A stretch of 63,825 bases of DNA, counting the filler, from Choristocarpus tenellus KU-1152 (taxonomy: Eukaryota > Protista > Phaeophyceae): the NCBI GenBank assembly GCA_964200185.2. It is 12 parts of 12 records of this genome, joined end to end, with 100 filler letters (N's around TTAATTAATTAA, not from the genome) between each part and the next. Parts side by side here need not be neighbours in the genome. Positions count along the whole stretch, not along the records: positions 58,760 to 63,825 come from CAXNAD020011987.1; 11 more parts are not named here. One strand, written 5' to 3'. The number at the start of each line of letters is the position of its first letter. The first letter of the stretch is position 1. The translations under genes and the position numbers were made by a program. A model generated the notes under the pieces. The model was not told the origin of the DNA, did not search any database, and saw only the letters and a list, made by a program, of their open reading frames with translations. This document shows positions 63,001 to 63,825 of the stretch, one piece after another.

Positions 63001-63825
63001 TCCCTTCAAACCATGGTAGACAGGAGTAATTATTTGGAGCAGACAAAGCCTGTCTTCTTGGGCAAGGTGTTTTTTCACACGATTACTTGTCCCATACATC
63101 TGTACCCAGGTCTAGGCTTCATCTTATTTTTACTCACATTGATCCGTCTTCTCAACTTCGCTCTTCTCACACAAAATAAAATGTTGCATCCTAGTAATGT
63201 TGAACACCCTACTACCCAGAACTTGTTGTATTAGGTTGTGTCTGCTCTAAGCGGATATTTGTAATGTTAAACACCCTACTTCCTAGCACTTGTTGTATTC
63301 GGTTGTGTCTATTCTACGCGGATATTTGTAGAGAACAGCACAATATTCTATTAGGAGGAGTACAATGATACAAAAACGTACTCTAATAATTTATGTGTGT
63401 GTGTGATGTCATCAGCCGAAAGCATATCAAGATGAGGTTCCTTTCCTCCCCTTGGTATTATTAATCAACTATGCACAAACTATTTTTTTAACCTTACCAA
63501 CTAATCCTCTCTGAAAGGGACACATTCCATTCGTTTCAGTTTCTCTGATTTCAGTCTTGATGTGTTGTAGTTAGTGTAAGGCTCCGTTCACTGTATAAGA
63601 CCTATATATATATATATATATGATCTTGCAGTCAGTGCATAGTGTGTAAATCCCAAGACAGTTTGTTGTCTGTTATCTTTTAGACCCAAAGTATCTATCT
63701 GGAGGGGGGGGGGGAATCTACACCAGGGTGTCCATTTGGGTCAAAATCAGGAAAAGTGCATTCACATTATCCATCCGACGTATACAACCAAATCACCCAA
63801 AAATCGCGACATGAAAAAATTGACC

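Overview
This is eukaryotic, intron-rich, transposon-rich DNA. The stramenopile or brown-alga-like origin is inference from gene structure, a flagellar KAP3 gene and interstitial TTAGGG. The window is not one locus. It is 12 short contigs joined by artificial 100-nt spacers (N44-TTAATTAATTAA-N44), so no gene-neighbourhood inference is valid across spacers. Host genes I could reconstruct exon by exon: partial eIF3c (8 exons, one GC-AG intron), partial ABC1/UbiB (ADCK2-like) kinase, the last two exons of a PDR/ABCG transporter, five exons of kinesin-associated protein KAP3/FLA3, and an intronless ankyrin+SAM gene. The most interesting signal is a snoRNA cluster in the 2.9-kb intron between eIF3c exons 901-1132 and 4026-4193. 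It holds two paralogous box C/D RNAs with compensatory stem changes and a perfect 11-nt guide to the 18S site equivalent to yeast Gm1572 (the snR57 target), plus a candidate two-pocket H/ACA RNA. The rest is dominated by two related non-autonomous TIR (MITE) families with GAG/GGG termini and 3-4 bp TSDs (Sola2-like), solo LTRs (one nested in a Gypsy RT with a 4-bp TSD), decayed Gypsy, Copia, DIRS, hAT and pogo relics, and several tandem repeats. All rRNA and protein matches are from memory of conserved sequences and need a database check.
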